Source of the DNA: Calcarisporiella thermophila CBS 279.70
Lineage: Eukaryota > Fungi > Calcarisporiellomycota
Direction: 5' to 3'
DNA: 64,000 nt
Assembly: GCF_041956535.1 (NCBI RefSeq)
Contig: NW_027192198.1
Location: forward strand, 97,043 to 161,042
Below, piece by piece: positions 15,304-28,922 of this stretch (position 1 is the stretch's first letter; each line of letters begins with the position of its first letter). Below the pieces are notes generated by a model. That model was given only the letters and a program-made list of their open reading frames with translations, did no database searches and had not been told where the DNA came from. The position numbers and the translations under genes are program-made.

Positions 15304-16442
15304 TCGGGATTCACTTTCATTTTTTTCATTATTGTATGTAAACCTTTATTTGTGCAATTGAACTGTTAATACCAGCACGGCTATTTGATTTTTTCTTTGT
15401 AGTGATGGATACTTGAATCTACCCTATATTTTTTTCTTGACGCAACCCACCTCTCCGGTCATTGTTTTTGAAATTGGTTCCTTCCTGGCCAATTCGGCTT
15501 TCGTCAATTAGGTCAGTATTGGAGTATTAGCTAAGAACTCGTGCCTACGCACCTGGGCTTGACCCACAAAGCTGGCCTAGCTGTATCTGGTTTTTGGGCA
15601 TGTATTTAGATGTATATCCATTCAAACAGCTCCCATGCCTCCCGCCTGGCTTCCTCTCCTTTAATTTTTCCACCGATTTGATTCATTTTACTACATGGTA
15701 TTGAATCACGGCTCCCAAGCCCCATTCCCATCGACGGCCGATCCTAGTCCACGAATTGGAGGCCTCCTTTAATATAATAAGCGTTTTTTGGTGAAACAGC
15801 CATCCCACCATTGACAGCTCAGGCTATCGCTTAATATCTCTTTGTTGAAAGCGTGGATCGTAAAAAATAAAGCAACGAGAAACCTCGGATGAAATCAAAA
15901 CACCTGTTTCGTAGAATTATAGCACATGGAGGTGATGATACTCCACGAGAACGTAGACATCATGTGCTTACAACGCGATTTCTCCCCTTTCTTGAAAAAG
16001 TTCCATCGGAGTTGTGATTGTACCACAATGGCTATTTTTTTTTCGTTTTTCGAGCACTATTAATTTCTTGTGAACTCTCTCTTTTATTGTGAGAGTTCCA
16101 GCCTGAAAGTGAGCCACCCGGAATACCATGAAGACGTATAAAAAAACCAACACAATTTTTCCGCACCAGAGCCTCTAAAGGTGTTTTTCTGATGACTACT
16201 TTATTTCAACCCCATTTGTGTTTTTAGTCCCTCTGGTCTCTTTTGTTTATTTGTTTTTTACAGTTCTATTGTAGATTGTAGATTGTTTTTCCTATTTAAA
16301 GATATCTTCTTGCATTTACCAGCTCTAAACAAGTTGGACGCGAACAATGCAACTTTATATCTCTCCTCATGTGCACTTTTTTGGATTATCTTTAAGTTGC
16401 CTTCCTATATTTCTCTCATAGCAATCTGAGGCAATATTCTAC

Positions 16443-17803
16443 ATGGATAAAGGGATCTCCTTTGAGCAGGAAGAGATACTTTTGGTCATAGTGCGAGTCA
16501 CCAGTGCTATCAGTATATTTTGTTCATCTACTGCCGTTGTTGTAAGCTTTTTGTATGCAATCTAAGGGTTAACCCTTGTTATTTAGTAGCTATTTTTTTT
16601 TCTCCTCTCTAGAAATTAACCTATATTGATCCCACTTATAACGTGAAGCAATTCCTTCTGCTCTATATGTCAATTGCAGATATCATCTCTAGCTTGTGTC
16701 GGTTTCTTGGCAGGTAGTAAACACTCTAGTTGCTGGGTACACCATAGTTTCAACTCACTCGCCTGGCCTAATCTTTTCCGTGTAGATGGACCTGTTCATA
16801 CAAAGAAGAATCCTTATCTATCTTTTGTCTCTTCCAAGTCTTTGGTATTCAATTCGGCGATATTGCATCCCTCTTGGCGACCTTTTCCCTGAGCTTAAAT
16901 CTCCTTTGGCTTATTTATTTTCGTTTTCCCATGACGCGGGTTTCGCTCGTTGCTCTCCTTTATCTCTCCTTCATCCTGATTCTCTCCCTTACGTTTGCTG
17001 CCACCTCGCTTCTCATTGGAGGGTATAAGAACACTATTTTCGGCTGTTCTGTAATGGACAAAAGCATTCTGGTACCCTACCTGATAATCCTATGGTCTGT
17101 GTTGGTGGGGAACGTCACCATTTACCTTTTGGTTGGATGGAGGGTATGGCGCGTACAAGGAGAAGAGGAGGGGGAGAGCAGGCGCAGTGCGGCGGAGAGG
17201 GCATCTCAATTCCGAGTTCAGTACGTGCGCACTGCCTCTTGCTTCATTATGGCGTTTGTATTCACTTGGACTGCATTCACATTGCATCGGATCTTCCAAA
17301 TGTCCTCCCTGAACATCTCCTTTGCGCTTCTTTTTTTCGATGCCTTTTGCACTCCACTTCGCGGCTTCACTAACTGTCTAGCCTATATACTCACCTTCTC
17401 TCTCTTCACCCATTACCGCCCGACCTTGGCGGGTCACCTCTCACCCACTCAATCCGCTCACCCTCCGCCTGCTCCACCCCAACCGCACTCGGTCAATTCC
17501 TCGCTCCCACTTCTGCAAAGCAATCATCTTCCCGCTCGTCTCGCGACCCCGTCCCCATCAGAGACACCCCATTTGAATCGAACGTCCTCTTTTGTCTCGA
17601 CTCTAAACCGGAATATAGACATAGAACCAGGACTGCCGCCTCTCCCGCCTCTTCTGCTTCACCAACCCGTTCATCCCAATCGACTGAGCCCCCTCGATAG
17701 CGATTCTGCGGATGCGCGGCATTCCTCAGTGCTCTCCTCGTCAGGTACAGAAGATGAGTACACAAGTGTGCCTATTGTGGTACTGGCACCCCTCAGAGTT
17801 TAA
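16443..17803 (+). CDS. 7-TM GPCR, cAMP-receptor/Git3-like
   Basis: Exons about 16443-16541, 16613-16713, 16786-17803; LYMSIADII, FCLFQVFGIQFGD, FVFTW, PLRGFTNCLAY; Pro/Ser-rich tail. Confidence 0.8.
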
Positions 17804-18361
17804 CTTTGTTGTGATACCTTCATTTGAAACTTCATCCCCTTTCAACTCTAACCTCAACTCTATATTGGCAATCTAAAAAAATTGGCGCTCTATTTTATGT
17901 AAAAGGGGACATCGATCTTGAAGCGTAATTAGGCTATACTATCTGATAATGGTTATTTTTATTTTTCTAACAGATGACTGAATTCTTTAACTGTACAGTG
18001 GCTTCATTGAATTCGCCCAGTTTTGATTTTTTTATTTTTTTATTTTAATTTATTGCTTTTCGACGAACAAAGTTTTCTATTATACGATTGAGAGTTCAAA
18101 CGAACCACGTATCCATATAAAATATTTATGCACGGTTGAATAACATAAGATATATTGAAATGCGCAGAGGGTGTGCGCTAGGGGGAGCTTCGTAGTGATC
18201 TCGATTAACAAAGAAAGAACCAAATTATCTTTATTACAGTGAAAGTTCAGTTAATATATACTGTACGTACGGAAAATGACATTACAAGGCCCAACCAGAT
18301 AATATCCGGTGTTCAAAAGTAAAAGAATTATTTAAGTGACTATCCTATTATTACAAGCCTA

Positions 18362-18742
18362 TTAACATCTCAAAAACACCGATTTAAACTTAATTGGTGG
18401 TTCGAATGTATGTTGTTGAGCCGTTCCCTGATAAACCACACTGCCCTTACATCCTTCGCTAGCATACATGAAGTATTGTAACACATCGGGAGTGGCGTCG
18501 AGGTTTTTAGTGGGATCAGAGTCATCAAGACCATAGCATTGGTTAGGGGTGCCTCCGGTTTGGCGACTATATGATCCTTTGAAGCCTGTAATTGATAACA
18601 TAGAGAAAGCACCTCAGCATGGTATACTACTAGTACACCCATCCATTATTTTATACCCACGTATAGTGCAAATGTCTCCTCTCGCTTGAGTAATAGCTAC
18701 GATGGCGAAAGTGGCAATTGACAAAAAAACGATCGTTTTCAT
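18362..18742 (-). CDS. Small secreted Cys-containing protein (about 100 aa), effector-like
   Basis: Signal MKTIVFLSIATFAIVAITQA; one intron (about 18660-18586); 4 Cys, ends FKSVFLRC. Confidence 0.75.
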
Positions 18743-20409
18743 TGTGAATATTGTTATTTTTATGCGAACCGTTATTTTTTTGAAAGAGCGAGAATATTAA
18801 CAATGAATTGACTTTATATAAGAAAGAATTATATGTGGCTTTGCATAATGCCTTCAACGGTGGCTCGAAAGAAGGCAATGCATATTTTTGTTGGAAAAAG
18901 TGATTCATGCTCGGATATTAATAACGTGGAAAAGGCTTGGTGGCAATAAGACTAAAGTCGTGTCTCCTCCTTTCTTTAATTTTTTTCTTTACTAATCAAG
19001 GAAGAAGCGTGACCCGAATCTATTAATAGCTCGAATTAATATGCAAAGGAGGGACTGTTATAATATATAAATAGGAGATATCGAATTGAAGATACTAGAT
19101 TATAGAAACTCAGCCATCTAAAGAATCGTGGCTTTTATAACTAAATAATGTGTGAAAAACTCGCAACTCTGCCCGCAAGCTAGCAAGAATAGTTTAAGGG
19201 GGAAAATAGCCGAAGTGGCGAAACTAATGCTGTATAAATCACCAGTGGCATCCTTCAAGTATCTGCAGTCCACATCCTGAAAAAATGCAAACAGAGCAAT
19301 AATCTATTATCAATTTCAAAAACAACGAAAAAGCTAACGCCGCTTATGCGCACAATTGGGATTTAGAGATATTTTATCTGCAAGCCAAGTCAGCACTAGT
19401 ACTACATTATACTTTTTTTTTCACTTCCTCAATGTGGATGAGGATGTTACATCCCTATATCAGTACAAAAGTGGTAAACCATGAGAAGAAACGGAGCTTC
19501 TGAGGCACTAAGGTTGCATACGACATCTATAACTTCGTATATACAGCATGCAATATTGTCTATTACTGAGCATTTGTATGATAAAAGGTCGGTCCAAGAT
19601 ATTGGAACGCCAATAATGCAAGAGATTTCTACTATCTTGTTTCTGAATTCAAATATTGCATAGATGGGGATGTAGAATATTTGCATTGTGTTTACAAGAA
19701 CCGCGGGTTTGGTTCACTTCGCGTACATTTGGGGGCAAAATTGAGAATATTTTTACGAATTTTTTCTTAAATATATTCTGATCAGATGAAATATAATGCA
19801 AGAGGTTGTAATATTAAACAGAGGTGGAGCTACACCTTATGCTGATTCACCTGCTACCCGGGCCATTAATGCATAATACCAGTAAAACTATAAGTAGTTC
19901 CAAGAATATTATGGGAAAATCTGCTATCCTGCCTCTACAAAAATCTATAAAATGTTTAGAAAACATTGAGCATAATGAATCCCGAATAAAAACCTTTCTG
20001 TGCTTATATGTTTTCGCATCGTTACATATATTCTATATGCTCTTATGTGCTCCCCTTTATATTTTGATTTTATGAATTAATAATGAATAATTAACGAATG
20101 ATAAATTAATCGTAAATAATGAATAAGGTACTTATTTAAAGATAATTCTATTAAATGGAATTATTTTTGTATTACAAATTTTGTACCCTAGTATAACTTT
20201 TAATTACCGCTAAGTTGATTAAATGTTATATTTTTTAACTACTAGTAACACTTTTACTTTAATTACCCTTGCGTCAAATTAATATTTTAGTTTCAAGTTG
20301 AGCGTAACGTTTATATTTTAAATCTTTTCATTCGCTTTTGTAAAAAGGCTTTTATCTTCATTTCCGATCTCAAATCCCCTATATTCAAAGGTCGAGACGA
20401 AATAATAGG

Positions 20410-20920
20410 ATGGATGAACGTTTAGTATTGGATTTGAATTTGAGGGCAGAGCGCTCGGATCTAACTACTAAATGCTCTAACAATTTATGTTCACGATCAG
20501 GCAAACTCAGTTCGCATAACGGAATACTTATGAGAAATGTATCAACAGAGAAAAGCGTTTTCATATTACGATTTCGATTTTCAAAAGCCGTAAATACTTA
20601 TTGCATTACCACTGGTATTGTCGAACATAATCATCCTTTGGAGCCCGAAGATATTCGTTTTACTCGCAGATTTCGTAGACCCAACCCTAAAACGGGGCAA
20701 TTTGCTCAGAACATTGTTCAATTTGGAGGCAGCGTTTCTCTTGCAATTCGTCCAAATAGAATCCATTCAGGCTAAAGATAATGCTATAGCGACAATTGCT
20801 AGAAATAAAAGGGTGAACTATCCGAAATTGCTGCCTTGTTGACCAAGCTTGAGAATTCAACCGAATATACCATCAAATACGTATTGGAGAATGGTAAACT
20901 GTAAAATAGATTTTGGGTGC
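20410..20920 (+). mobile_element. Degenerate Mutator/FAR1-type (MULE) transposase fragment
   Basis: YCITTGIVEHNHPL (FAR1 zinc-binding HNH motif), then frameshifted/stop-containing SIQAKD and YTIKYVLENGKL*NRFW, typical of the MULE linker before the DDE domain; AT-rich context. Confidence 0.6.
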
Positions 20921-21376
20921 GTATTTCGTATATTTCACTTGTAAGTCATTGTGGAATTCTTCAATGTAACATTAAACCTTATTTTTCAACCACCTCTTTC
21001 CCACCACGATTAGCCCTTGAACCGATGGCCGGGAACTATTGCGAGAACAGTCAAAGAATAATTATATTCCAAATCCCTCTACCCTATTTTTCCTCTGGGT
21101 ATGAGTATGGATACAAAAAATTTCCACAATGTATTATTGATCCATGATCAAAGTATCCCATAAATTCAACCCATTTCTTAGTCTCATTGATTGACGAAAT
21201 AAAGCAAAATATTTTTTTAAAAATAAATCAACAGATCCATAATTTGCTGCTCGTTAAACCAGTACAGGTCAAATACATGCAAAGGAATCACTGTACATTA
21301 CTAGTGGGTTATTGTTAGGGTCAGTTAAATAATGCGTATCGAAGTGCTAAAAGATACAATTCACAGGATAGAAAAC

Positions 21377-23030
21377 TCAATTGACAGTAACACTCTTCCC
21401 TTGCGAATCAACAAAGCTCCCGTGAAGTGAAGGGAGCGTGAATTCGCCAATTCTGGCCCGCGCCAGCTCTTTGAAAGTCTTTCCATCCAACACTACAAGG
21501 AAACAATCTTCCGATGTAGCCGAGTTCACCACGCTCACTACCGCACCATCATCTTCTTCGGTTGCTCCCGGTCGTGGAATGAAAATAGGCTCTGAGCACG
21601 AATAGCCCGGCTCTTCCCAATTGATAGTGGTACCCTTTTCAAGATCTCCCTTGCCAAGTCCGCTGAGGAGACCCTCTCCTCCTTTTGTTTTTGTAACGGT
21701 CACTCCATATACATATCGGTTACGGCGGCGCTCAAAGTTAGAGTTGATGCGTGCGAGCTCAAACTTCACATTGGTATCGTGCACTTCAACCTTTGCCACC
21801 GTCTTATTGTTTGGCTCGCTTTGTTGACGAGCCACTTCCCTTATGTTGCGCAGGCGATATCTCCGCACCATGACTTTAGGTCCGGGTTTCTTCTCCGAAG
21901 GATTGTAATATCCGGCCGGCTGTGCCTCTCCCGGCTTTTTTCCAAACTCATACGACCACCAGATAACGTCGGCGTTGTCGTATGCACTTGCATCAAAAAC
22001 GATGTCGTCCCCTTCGTCCCAAGCATTGAGCGTGTGAAACGCGAAGCAAGGCGGTCCTTCATAGGTGGCAATATGGCCCCCCGAAATACGATCTACGACG
22101 TGGTATAGTGTAGGGAGTTTCTCATCCCAATAGAATGAATCGACTAAATTGCCATAATATAAGACTGAGAGACCTCCCCAACTCTAAAAGGAAAAGTGAT
22201 CAGTGAGACTTTGAAACTAATCAATGGAAGCTTCGGTCAGGCTAACTTACATAATAGAGAGGGTAGTTGGGGAGAATAATATATTTGTCGGTCATGGAGA
22301 AGGAATGGATATAGGATGGAACGACCGGCTTGCCGGTAACCAAGTGTTTACCTACGTCTCCAAAGATGCGCACGCTGCTGTCTCTGCCGAGGCCGAAGAG
22401 TCGGAACTGCATGGTGCGACCAAATTTGAAAACAAAGTTCACGTATTCTTTCTCGTCTTCTTGATGATGCGCTGCGCTGAGATCCCCTTTAAGTCTTTCG
22501 TCAAATAGGCCGTAATCGAATAGTTTAATTGGCTCTAGAGTGATGGGGTCCAGCTGCTGCAAACTATTGGCATCGGTCTTGGCGACTAAGGCGCCCTTCT
22601 CTCCAAGTGGGAAGTTGGGTGTCACAGTCACGTTGACAACAGAGCTGCTCGGGTCTCGCTTTTCCGTTCTGGCACCCTTACCTCCAAGGGTCATTTTATA
22701 AAAAGATTGTAGGCGATGGAAAATGGTCTGGCATGGATCTCGACCAAAGGAAAAGGCAGGCTCGCCTCTCAGGAGACGCTCTTCATAAGCGCGCGCGGTT
22801 CGACGATTTGAGTAGCGCACTTTTCCATCGGCAAATTCGAAGCGATGGACTACAGGAAGCGCGTCAAAGGGGTGATTCACGGTGTATTGACGCGTGCCGT
22901 CCGGGGAGGAGAGGTGGAAGACCCCACCACCCATGCGGTAAAGCACCCCACTTACCCAGGCCGGAAGCTTGCCCTCCACATCCAGGGCAATTTGTTGGGT
23001 AATCTCATGGCAATTTGTGAACGGTTTCAT
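21377..23030 (-). CDS. Carotenoid cleavage oxygenase (RPE65/BCO family)
   Basis: VEGKLPAWVSGVLYR, HPFD, four Fe-ligand His (SAAH, SYIHSF, FAFH, PSLHGSF), SEPIFIPRPGATEEDDG; exons 23030-22251 and 22183-21377. Confidence 0.92.
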
Positions 23031-23774
23031 TTTGTCTTGCTATTATTCGAGAGCAAGGAGAAGTCTGATCAAGTGGTATAAAGTGGATATTCTTATCTTT
23101 TCTCATGAATTGCTGCGTATTTATATTCATTCGTGCATAAACATTACCGCATCCTTTCTGCTCTTGGCTATTATCGGTCATTATTGCCAAATCCGCTATC
23201 CTAAGGCCGAGTATGGATTGAGAGGCGGTAATGTCAATAGCTCGGATGTTTTTCACCAATTTTGTTATCCGTATGCCGAAAATGTGTTTACTCCGCCTTC
23301 TTTTTGCAAATCGGCCTCATTAGCGCAGCCAATGGGATGAGTGGGCTGTGCATTAGGAATCTCTTTTTACTGTAGAACGTTAATTATTTGATACCTATCA
23401 AAATAGCCAAGCCATCTTTCCATAACTTTTTTATAACCTTATATAGCGACCATCCCATTTATCGAAGTATTAAAAACCTATCTAACTTAGACTGCCTTTG
23501 GCTATAATGTCTATTAGAAAACCTCGGGAACTGTGCCAATAAATACTTATCCTAGCCTGCTCACCCAAGAGTGAACATCCCTGCTGCGCCGTTGCGCTTC
23601 TGTGCACTCTAGTTTTCCTATTAAGCGGAAGCCAGCTTGGAGCTTTACCTAAGAGAGGCCTTTATTGGATATTGTGATAATAAAAAATAGATACATAAAT
23701 ACGGCCATGTGACAAAAAATATGAAGAATTACGGCGAGATGGATCTTTCGAATATAGATCAAGCATTAAGCTAA

Positions 23775-24293
23775 TCAAGAGTAGTCTCCTTTGATAACTG
23801 CACGGCATCCTTTGGTTGGCATCCCAATTGGGCAATTGCCGTCGTTGCAGCATCGGAGGCAATAGATGCCCTCGTTTGGCTCGACAAACGAAACGAATTT
23901 CTTGTATTTTTTGCAGATTGAACCGGGCGGAGCTCGCACGCTGAACTGCCCGCCCTGGTCATGCTTCTTGAGGTTATACTTCTTCCGGTCTAATCTCCCG
24001 GTGATTTGGACATATTTCCTCTTGGCCACGAAATGAGCCGAGATAATAAAGCCGCCGGGAAAAGTGCGGTGTCCGGGAGCTTGCAACTGGGAAGTTTCTT
24101 TAGTGCAGAAGGACACTGCATCATGGATATGGCCCGGGATACTTCCACCCGGCGAGGGCGGCAAGAAGAGACAGAAGTTTGTGTCGCTGATGGCAGCCAA
24201 AGTCTTCCCAGGAGGATCAGCAGGGGCGCGCTTGATTGCACTAGCAGCAGCCAGGCCCATCAGAGCCAACAGTTGAAGAAGGGTAGTGCGCAT
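23775..24293 (-). CDS. Secreted Cys-rich basic protein, resembling the MP88/macrophage-activating glycoprotein domain
   Basis: Signal peptide; FCLFLPP, AVSFC, FIISAHF, YVQITG, GGQF, FVEP, YCLRCC; intronless, Lys-rich. Confidence 0.75.
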   Translation of the reverse strand: MRTTLLQLLALMGLAAASAIKRAPADPPGKTLAAISDTNFCLFLPPSPGGSIPGHIHDAVSFCTKETSQLQAPGHRTFPGGFIISAHFVAKRKYVQITGRLDRKKYNLKKHDQGGQFSVRAPPGSICKKYKKFVSFVEPNEGIYCLRCCNDGNCPIGMPTKGCRAVIKGDYS

Positions 24294-26302
24294 ATCGATA
24301 AAGGCTTGTGTTCAAGTGTCTTGTTTGATTGATAGTGATTGATATAGAGCTAGAGGAGGTTGTTGACAGCTTATATACCTATTGAGAAAAGACTGACATT
24401 TTTAGAACGGAAGGTCAGAAGATATGGATGGTGGTTTATATTTTTAGAGAATAGTGCAACAAGAGAAGCCGAAAGGTATTTTTAGCGGGTGTTGTGTTGA
24501 GCGAGGACAGAGAAAGTATTTTTCGCGAAAAAATGAGATAGCAAAAATAGTGGCAAAATGGCTGTCTTTCGGTGAGGAATCAACGTAAGCAGAAAAACAG
24601 AAGGAGCTAAGCCCCCTTGTTCCGGAATAACAAAAGCGTCTTGGGCCGCAGGGATAGAGTACTCGTGCATTAGTCTACCCTACATGCGTTCGTGTGAAAA
24701 ACACGCGATAAACTGTACGCAACAGTAAAGCGTCCAATATATGCCTATTTTTAGACGGGATTTCAGAGAGATCTGGCTTTCTTCCCCTTAGATTTTGCTG
24801 AATATTTGAAAATCAGACTAATTTAGTCGAGAAGTACATCGTTTAATAAAGCGAGGATTTCCCGGCGAGTATCTCTAAGCATTAAACAGATTTCTCTAAT
24901 GGTATGTATTGGAAATTACAATGCGTTGAAAATCCTACTCATTAACCTCCAGGGAACATCAAAAGTCTTTTTTTTTTAATTTAGGAAAAAGGGTTCAGAT
25001 TTGAATTGCGCGAAAAACTCATATGGAGGTCTTGTGACAAAGTATTTTTAAACTGACAAAGGTAGCCTCCCAAATAATTTTAATTACCTTTTGAGTAGTT
25101 CTAGCTCGCCACTTTGCGCAAGATTTCCCATTGTCAAGAGATAGGAAATAGCGGGATCACCCTGAAATGTATTTAATTTTTTTTTGTTTTGCTTCGTGGA
25201 TTATTCAGGCTCACTAGTGATAGCAGAAGACAGATTCAACTTCAATCTTTTGAAATTATCTAGTCACACATTATGACTGATTTACTGTGCATGCCTTAAA
25301 GCTGTTTCCGAACATGCATACCTCCCGCATGCTACTGTAAAAAACGTGAAGATGTCCAGCGAGTTGCAATAAGCCAAAGGTTGGCGGAAATCGTAGATTG
25401 CCGCAGAAGCATATTAAATCAAAACCACATCTAAATGTTTCTGCTAGAGTTGCACGATAACTACGTTGACGCGTGTCCATATTTAATAGAATACAGAGTT
25501 AGAATTAGACCAGTTATTACTTCCCCAAAAAAGGTGTATATGGCCGTAGATGAAATCAACGTAGAACTGAATGTAAACCCGGACTCAATGCCTTGAATGA
25601 TCCTGTTTAAAATCCCATTAAAAACTACTAAAGAAAGTTGGCCTAATTGCAATTGGTGCCCTACTAACCTTGTGGTTTTTCACTCCCCTTCCACCTCCCA
25701 AACATGAGATATTCTATGAATAGCCTCTGAGAAGCTCTCAGAAATACGCTACTTTATTTGGATCACAAGAGATTTTGTCTTATTTGAAATATTTGAAAGA
25801 TGCATTGGTTTATTCCTTGACTTAGGTTGTCCAGATGGTGTAATATTTTCTCTAGAAAATCAACCTGTTTTTCTATTTTAATTCACAGCACCTTCCTCAT
25901 TAATAACTGGGTTTGGAAGCAGTCGTGAATAATAAAACCATTAAGTCAACTGTCAAACTTACGATTGGGGTGATACCCAAGCCACGATTGATAAATGAGG
26001 GAAAGGGCACCCAAATTTGTCTGTTAATCAATCTGATTCCATCATTCTTACCTTGTGATCTGGATGTGAGCTAGTCTCAATGGACATCTATCCGCACTTG
26101 ATATAATACAATATATACATATATTGCTTTCATAAATTGGCTGCTCTCATACATTATTCGAATCGACACACTTCATTTCACGTACCTGATAGACTAGACC
26201 CGTTCCCCCAATTCTTACCCATCATTTCCGTAATCAGCGATTATTTTTCTCTTTTATTATTGCGTTTAGCGTGTCATATTAATACAGGACAATCTATTTT
26301 TA

Positions 26303-27588
26303 ATGGCGAGTAATTCTAAGTAGGCGCCGCTGTTCTTTTATTTTTAAATAGATTGTTTGATTTTTACGCGCCAACCTCGATTGTGTTTTTATCCTAGGAA
26401 ATTTTCAAGCATTGAGGATGAGCTAGCCTACTACAAACAACAAGCGAAACAGCTGGCCGAAGCTCTAAACGAAACGCAGGCAGGGCTCGATGAATTCCAG
26501 CAATCGTCACGTGAGCTCGAGGATGAACTTGAACGCGAATTAGAATTACGGGAGAGACGATGTCGAGAGCTCGAAGGACGTGTTGAGATATTGGCTGGCG
26601 AGGTGGAGGAATGGAAAGATAAATATCGTGATAGTCAAAAGGTGGCAAATCAGACAGCAGAGCAGATGCAGCGTGAAATCGAGACTTTACGTAGTTTGCA
26701 CGAAACGTTCAAGGTGAGAACACGAGAGCTGGAGCTAGATAATGACGATCTCGAGAGAACTGAGAGGTAAATTGATCGTGCTTGGGCACAGAATATCTCC
26801 AGATTGTCAGGTTGGAATTTCTTATATTCTTTTATGGGTACACATTTATAGAGCTGCGCAGAGTAGTCTACAAGACCTGGAGTCAAAATTCAATAAAATG
26901 GTGGAGCGAAATGCAATGCTAGAGAATGAACTAGAGATTAAAACACAACTTCAAGAACAAAATCAGCGACTAAAGGATGAATTACGAGGTGAGAACATTT
27001 CCGCGCTGTTAAGGAAAGCTCACAGCGGTTACTAAATACTCCATTTTTTTACTGCCTCCCCATTTCCACCTCTCAGATGTAAATACGGAAATGGCTGTCT
27101 TGAAGCAGAAACTTCAGCATCAGGAGGAGCGGCGCAAGATGGCCTCTATCATGGAAATCCCGATGACGCCACGCACATCACGGCTAGGAGAGAATAACCA
27201 CAACCATTACAAAACCCCGATGCGTGGATTCCGCACTCCCGCAGCTATGCCCATGTCTCCGCTTACGCCGGCCAATAACCCCGTAAGAATGGTGCAGGAA
27301 ATGGTTGGGCGTGTGAAAACATTAGAGGCCCGACTTCAATCCTGTCGTTCTACGCTGGTGGCCCCCCTCTTAACCACCGGTCCAACCACGGCCACCGACG
27401 TAAAAACAGCACCCGTCGCCACGATAAGTCCACCCTCCTCCATCCCAATCGCTCCCAATTCCACCCTGATGAACCGCCCAGGCTCCCCTCGGCGGCCAAC
27501 CTCGCCCGTTCCCCTCTCTCCAAAATACCGGCGAAAATCGCTAGGATTTCGTAGCGTGAGTGCGGCCGATTATCTACGAAATCATTGA
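26303..27588 (+). CDS. nudE: Nuclear distribution protein NudE/NDEL1
   Basis: FSSIEDELAYYK, LDEFQQSSRELEDELE, LELDNDDLERTER, ERNAMLENEL, MVGRVKTLEARLQSCR; 4 exons. Confidence 0.93.
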
Positions 27589-27836
27589 GGATTTCTTTCT
27601 AATGTTAATACTATCCTTCCCATATGTTGTGCTCTATTTTATATTATTATGTTTTATATACACATTATGAATATACATTTTTTAATGTTTATCGAAAGCC
27701 GCTTTGAGAGGATGCGCTTATTTGCGGAAAGAAAAAACAAAAGAAATGTAAATCAAAGACGGTCCACTTTATAGAATCTCTTTCTAACTAAATAGCAAAT
27801 TATTAATACATAATAACAAACACACTATGGATTGAT

Positions 27837-28869
27837 TTAAACACGCCCCCGTGCTGTTCTTGCAATGCGTGATGGCGCCACTCGCCCTCTTGTTGTTGTC
27901 CCCCGTGGAATTGACGATCCAGCTCGTCCTCCTGAACTAGCTGTTGTATCCGCAGAGCGCATCGTAGCTCCCGTTGCTTTCACCCCACTAGCACCTGCTC
28001 CTCTGACAGATGATGTAGTTCGAGTGACGGTGGCACGGGCAGCTGGTCGTGTTGTTGTACGCGTGGTACCCCTTACGGAGGAGATGGTTCCGCGCAAATT
28101 GGATATGCCGCGACGGGTGGTGGTACCGCGTTTCTTTTGCTCTGCAGCAGCTAATGCAGCGGCTCTGGCCGCCGCCGCCTCCTGCTCTTGGCGGAGCCTT
28201 TCTTCATATTCTTTACGCTCTCGCTCAATTCGTTCTTCTTCCTCCCGCATGAATTCGATATCCTAGGTTCAACACTGTCAGCAAAAGAGATAAAAAAAGG
28301 CGAGTATAAAAATAGGTACAGCATCACCGCCTTGCCATGTTGGGTCCTCTAATAAGCGGCGAGTATGTTCTGCTTGGGATAGGATACTGATCCAAATATC
28401 GAGCAGGCGGTCTGTCTGATCTATCGTTTGAGAAAATTGCTAGACGATTCAAGTGATTAGATAGACATTAATCCCAATTGGAAGGCAGCGATCAAAATTT
28501 GGTATTTACCTGGAATCGACCTCGCACTGCTTGCATATTAGTGTTAATCCCCTCCATGCCTCTATTCATTTTCTTCAATGTTTCCAGCTCTCGTATTCGC
28601 TCTTCTCTAATCTCAGGATCATCATCCGTTTCTTCTTCGATATTCTCTGTAGGCTGCGACTGGTGTTTTAATTTTAAGTTGTGCTGGTGCAGGAGAACTC
28701 TTCGCTGCAGCTGATGTGCGGATGGAAGGGGGATATCAGGGAAGTCTGGAGAATAGTCGAGAAGTGAGGAATCGTGAGGCATCTGCTGTTCCAGGATATT
28801 ATCATCAGTGTCGAGAGAATGGGAATGATCTACAGCAAGGAGGAAGGAATCATCTTCGGAGGTATCCAT
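27837..28869 (-). CDS. DUO1: DASH/Dam1 complex subunit Duo1
   Basis: Spliced middle exon QFSQTIDQTDRLLDIWISILSQAEHTRRLLEDPTWQG; basic Arg/Thr-rich tail; exons about 28869-28510, 28440-28321, 28263-27837. Confidence 0.85.
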
Positions 28870-28903
28870 GATTGTGTTGTCTGGGAATGTTTCTCTTTAA
28901 AAA

Positions 28904-28922
28904 AGACGCGTTAGTCGCGTCT
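28904..28922. promoter_or_regulatory. Paired inverted MCB-like boxes AGACGCG-N5-CGCGTCT in the DUO1/TCERG1 divergent promoter
   Basis: Perfect 7-bp inverted repeat containing ACGCGT (28906-28911), 35-53 bp upstream of the DUO1 ATG. Confidence 0.5.

Noticed and set aside
25271-25652. Short minus-strand ORFs in the 24.3-26.3 kb intergenic region (also 46069-46308 and 52773-52964)
   Set aside because: No recognisable motifs or coherent splice structure; may be decayed sequence but cannot be supported.
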